Origin: Eledone cirrhosa
Taxonomy: Eukaryota
Assembly (NCBI GenBank): GCA_964016885.1
Contig: OZ024740.1
Coordinates: 253,022,001 to 253,086,000 of the forward strand
Direction: 5' to 3'
Length of the DNA stretch: 64,000 nt
Shown here: piece after piece, positions 62,851 to 64,000 of the stretch
Layout of the letters: each line of letters begins with the position of its first letter
Position numbering within the stretch: position 1 is the first letter of the stretch
Program-made: the position numbers and the translations under genes
Notes under the pieces: generated by a model
What the model was told of the DNA's origin: nothing
Databases searched by the model: none
What the model saw: only the letters and a program-made list of their open reading frames with translations

Positions 62851-63367
62851 TCCTGTGTCAGTGTTGAACAAAAAGGTGACGTGGTTGCCTTAACACCGTA
62901 CGGCATAAAATTCAGGCTGTTCAGTTTGTTTACAAACGAACAAAGCGGCGTTATAATAAGCGTCCGCTAAACTGATACGTGCATACATGTATGTGTACCT
63001 GTATGTATATATATATATATATATATGCATACTACTGTACGTCTGTATACATATATGTATGTACGTATACACACATACTTACATTTAAGTAAGTGCCGTA
63101 CTAAGAGTGAGAAATGAAATTTCGTTTTCATTTTATTTCAACTTATATATATATATGTATGTATATATACACATGTTGGTGGGTGGGGCATGTGTGTTTG
63201 TGTGTGCATGTGTGTCAGTGTGTGATTGTAAAGACCTGACCATTTTGTAGACTTTAATACAGCCACTTAAAGAAAAACCTTTTGTCTGCTTAGTATAATT
63301 GAACCTTGAAAAATAAGGAGTGCCTGCTTTTGTATCCCTCTGTATCACTATATATTTTTCAGTATAG

Positions 63368-63454
63368 TTTTTTCAAAGAATCCCCTTTCTTTAAATCCAT
63401 CAGCCAATGACCTTCACCCATCCCAATCATCACCTTCCCCTACCACCAGAAAAT
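63368..63454 (+). CDS. Possible further exon of the CEP95-like gene
   Basis: Acceptor TATAG| and weak donor |GTATAA; open in phase 1->1 (VFSKNPLSLNPSANDLHPSQSSPSPTTRK) in unique-looking DNA. Confidence 0.3.
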
Positions 63455-63526
63455 GTATAAATACCTCCATAACATATTGATGATTTCCTTTGAATGAAAC
63501 TGTTCTAGTCCTGTAAAAGCCATTTC

Positions 63527-63866
63527 TATCATCATCATTTTACGTCCGCATTTCCCTGCTTGCAAGGGTGGGACGGGAACTGATTCTGGCTTGATTTCTA
63601 CAGCTGAATGCCCTTACTAACACCAACCTCATTTACAGTGAGTGCTGGGTGCTTTTTTTTTTTTTGCCATGGCACCTCCACACCATTTTGCAGTGGAATG
63701 ATATGGACCCCAGTCCTATCATCTCATTTCTACATCTGAGTAAATTGAAGCAATGTGAAATAAAGTCTCTTGCTCAAGGAAACAACACATCACCCGGTCC
63801 GAGAATTGAACTCACAACCTTTCGATTGCAAGCCCAATGCTCTAACCACTAAGCCATGTGCCTTCA
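63527..63866 (-). mobile_element. Family-B tRNA-derived SINE, full length
   Basis: Similar to 53585-53980. Confidence 0.8.
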
Positions 63867-64000
63867 TACTATATTAAATATATATATATATAACCAAAGA
63901 TTAATAAGGTTCGTTGATTACTCAACGAATACAATATTACAATAGATTAGAAGCACTCAACATGATATTTTCCTGGAGTTTTTAATATTATTCAAAATGT

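Larger units (their letters stand above)
62319..63084. repeat. Near-perfect palindrome: ~357 bp arms (62319-62675, 62730-63084) with a 54 bp spacer
   Basis: Arms are reverse complements with only a few mismatches, including the internal (TA)n tracts. Confidence 0.95.

Overview
Eukaryotic, AT-rich and repeat-dense DNA, most likely from a cephalopod (Octopus-like; inferred from the SINE families and (CAT)n-tailed RTE LINEs, not proven). Most of the window is decayed, nested transposable elements: RTE, L1/Tx1, R4/Dong-like and CR1 LINEs; Penelope-derived pieces; Gypsy-like LTR fragments; Academ, hAT, piggyBac, Merlin/ISXO2, mariner and Helitron-like DNA elements; two SINE families; and minisatellites. 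Threaded through them on the + strand is a spliced host gene that the ORF track largely misses. It is a CEP95-like centrosomal protein gene: 11 phase-consistent GT-AG coding exons from 19440 to 51087, about 437 codons, open at the 3' end, with a possible RFX X-box promoter near 544. The most unusual signal is a recurring architecture of short head-to-head inverted repeats carrying hammerhead ribozyme motifs. The clearest case is a ~357 bp-arm palindrome at 62319-63084 with two intact minimal type I hammerheads; a second hammerhead with a large branched stem II lies at 56958-57068. All calls were made by eye, without database searches.
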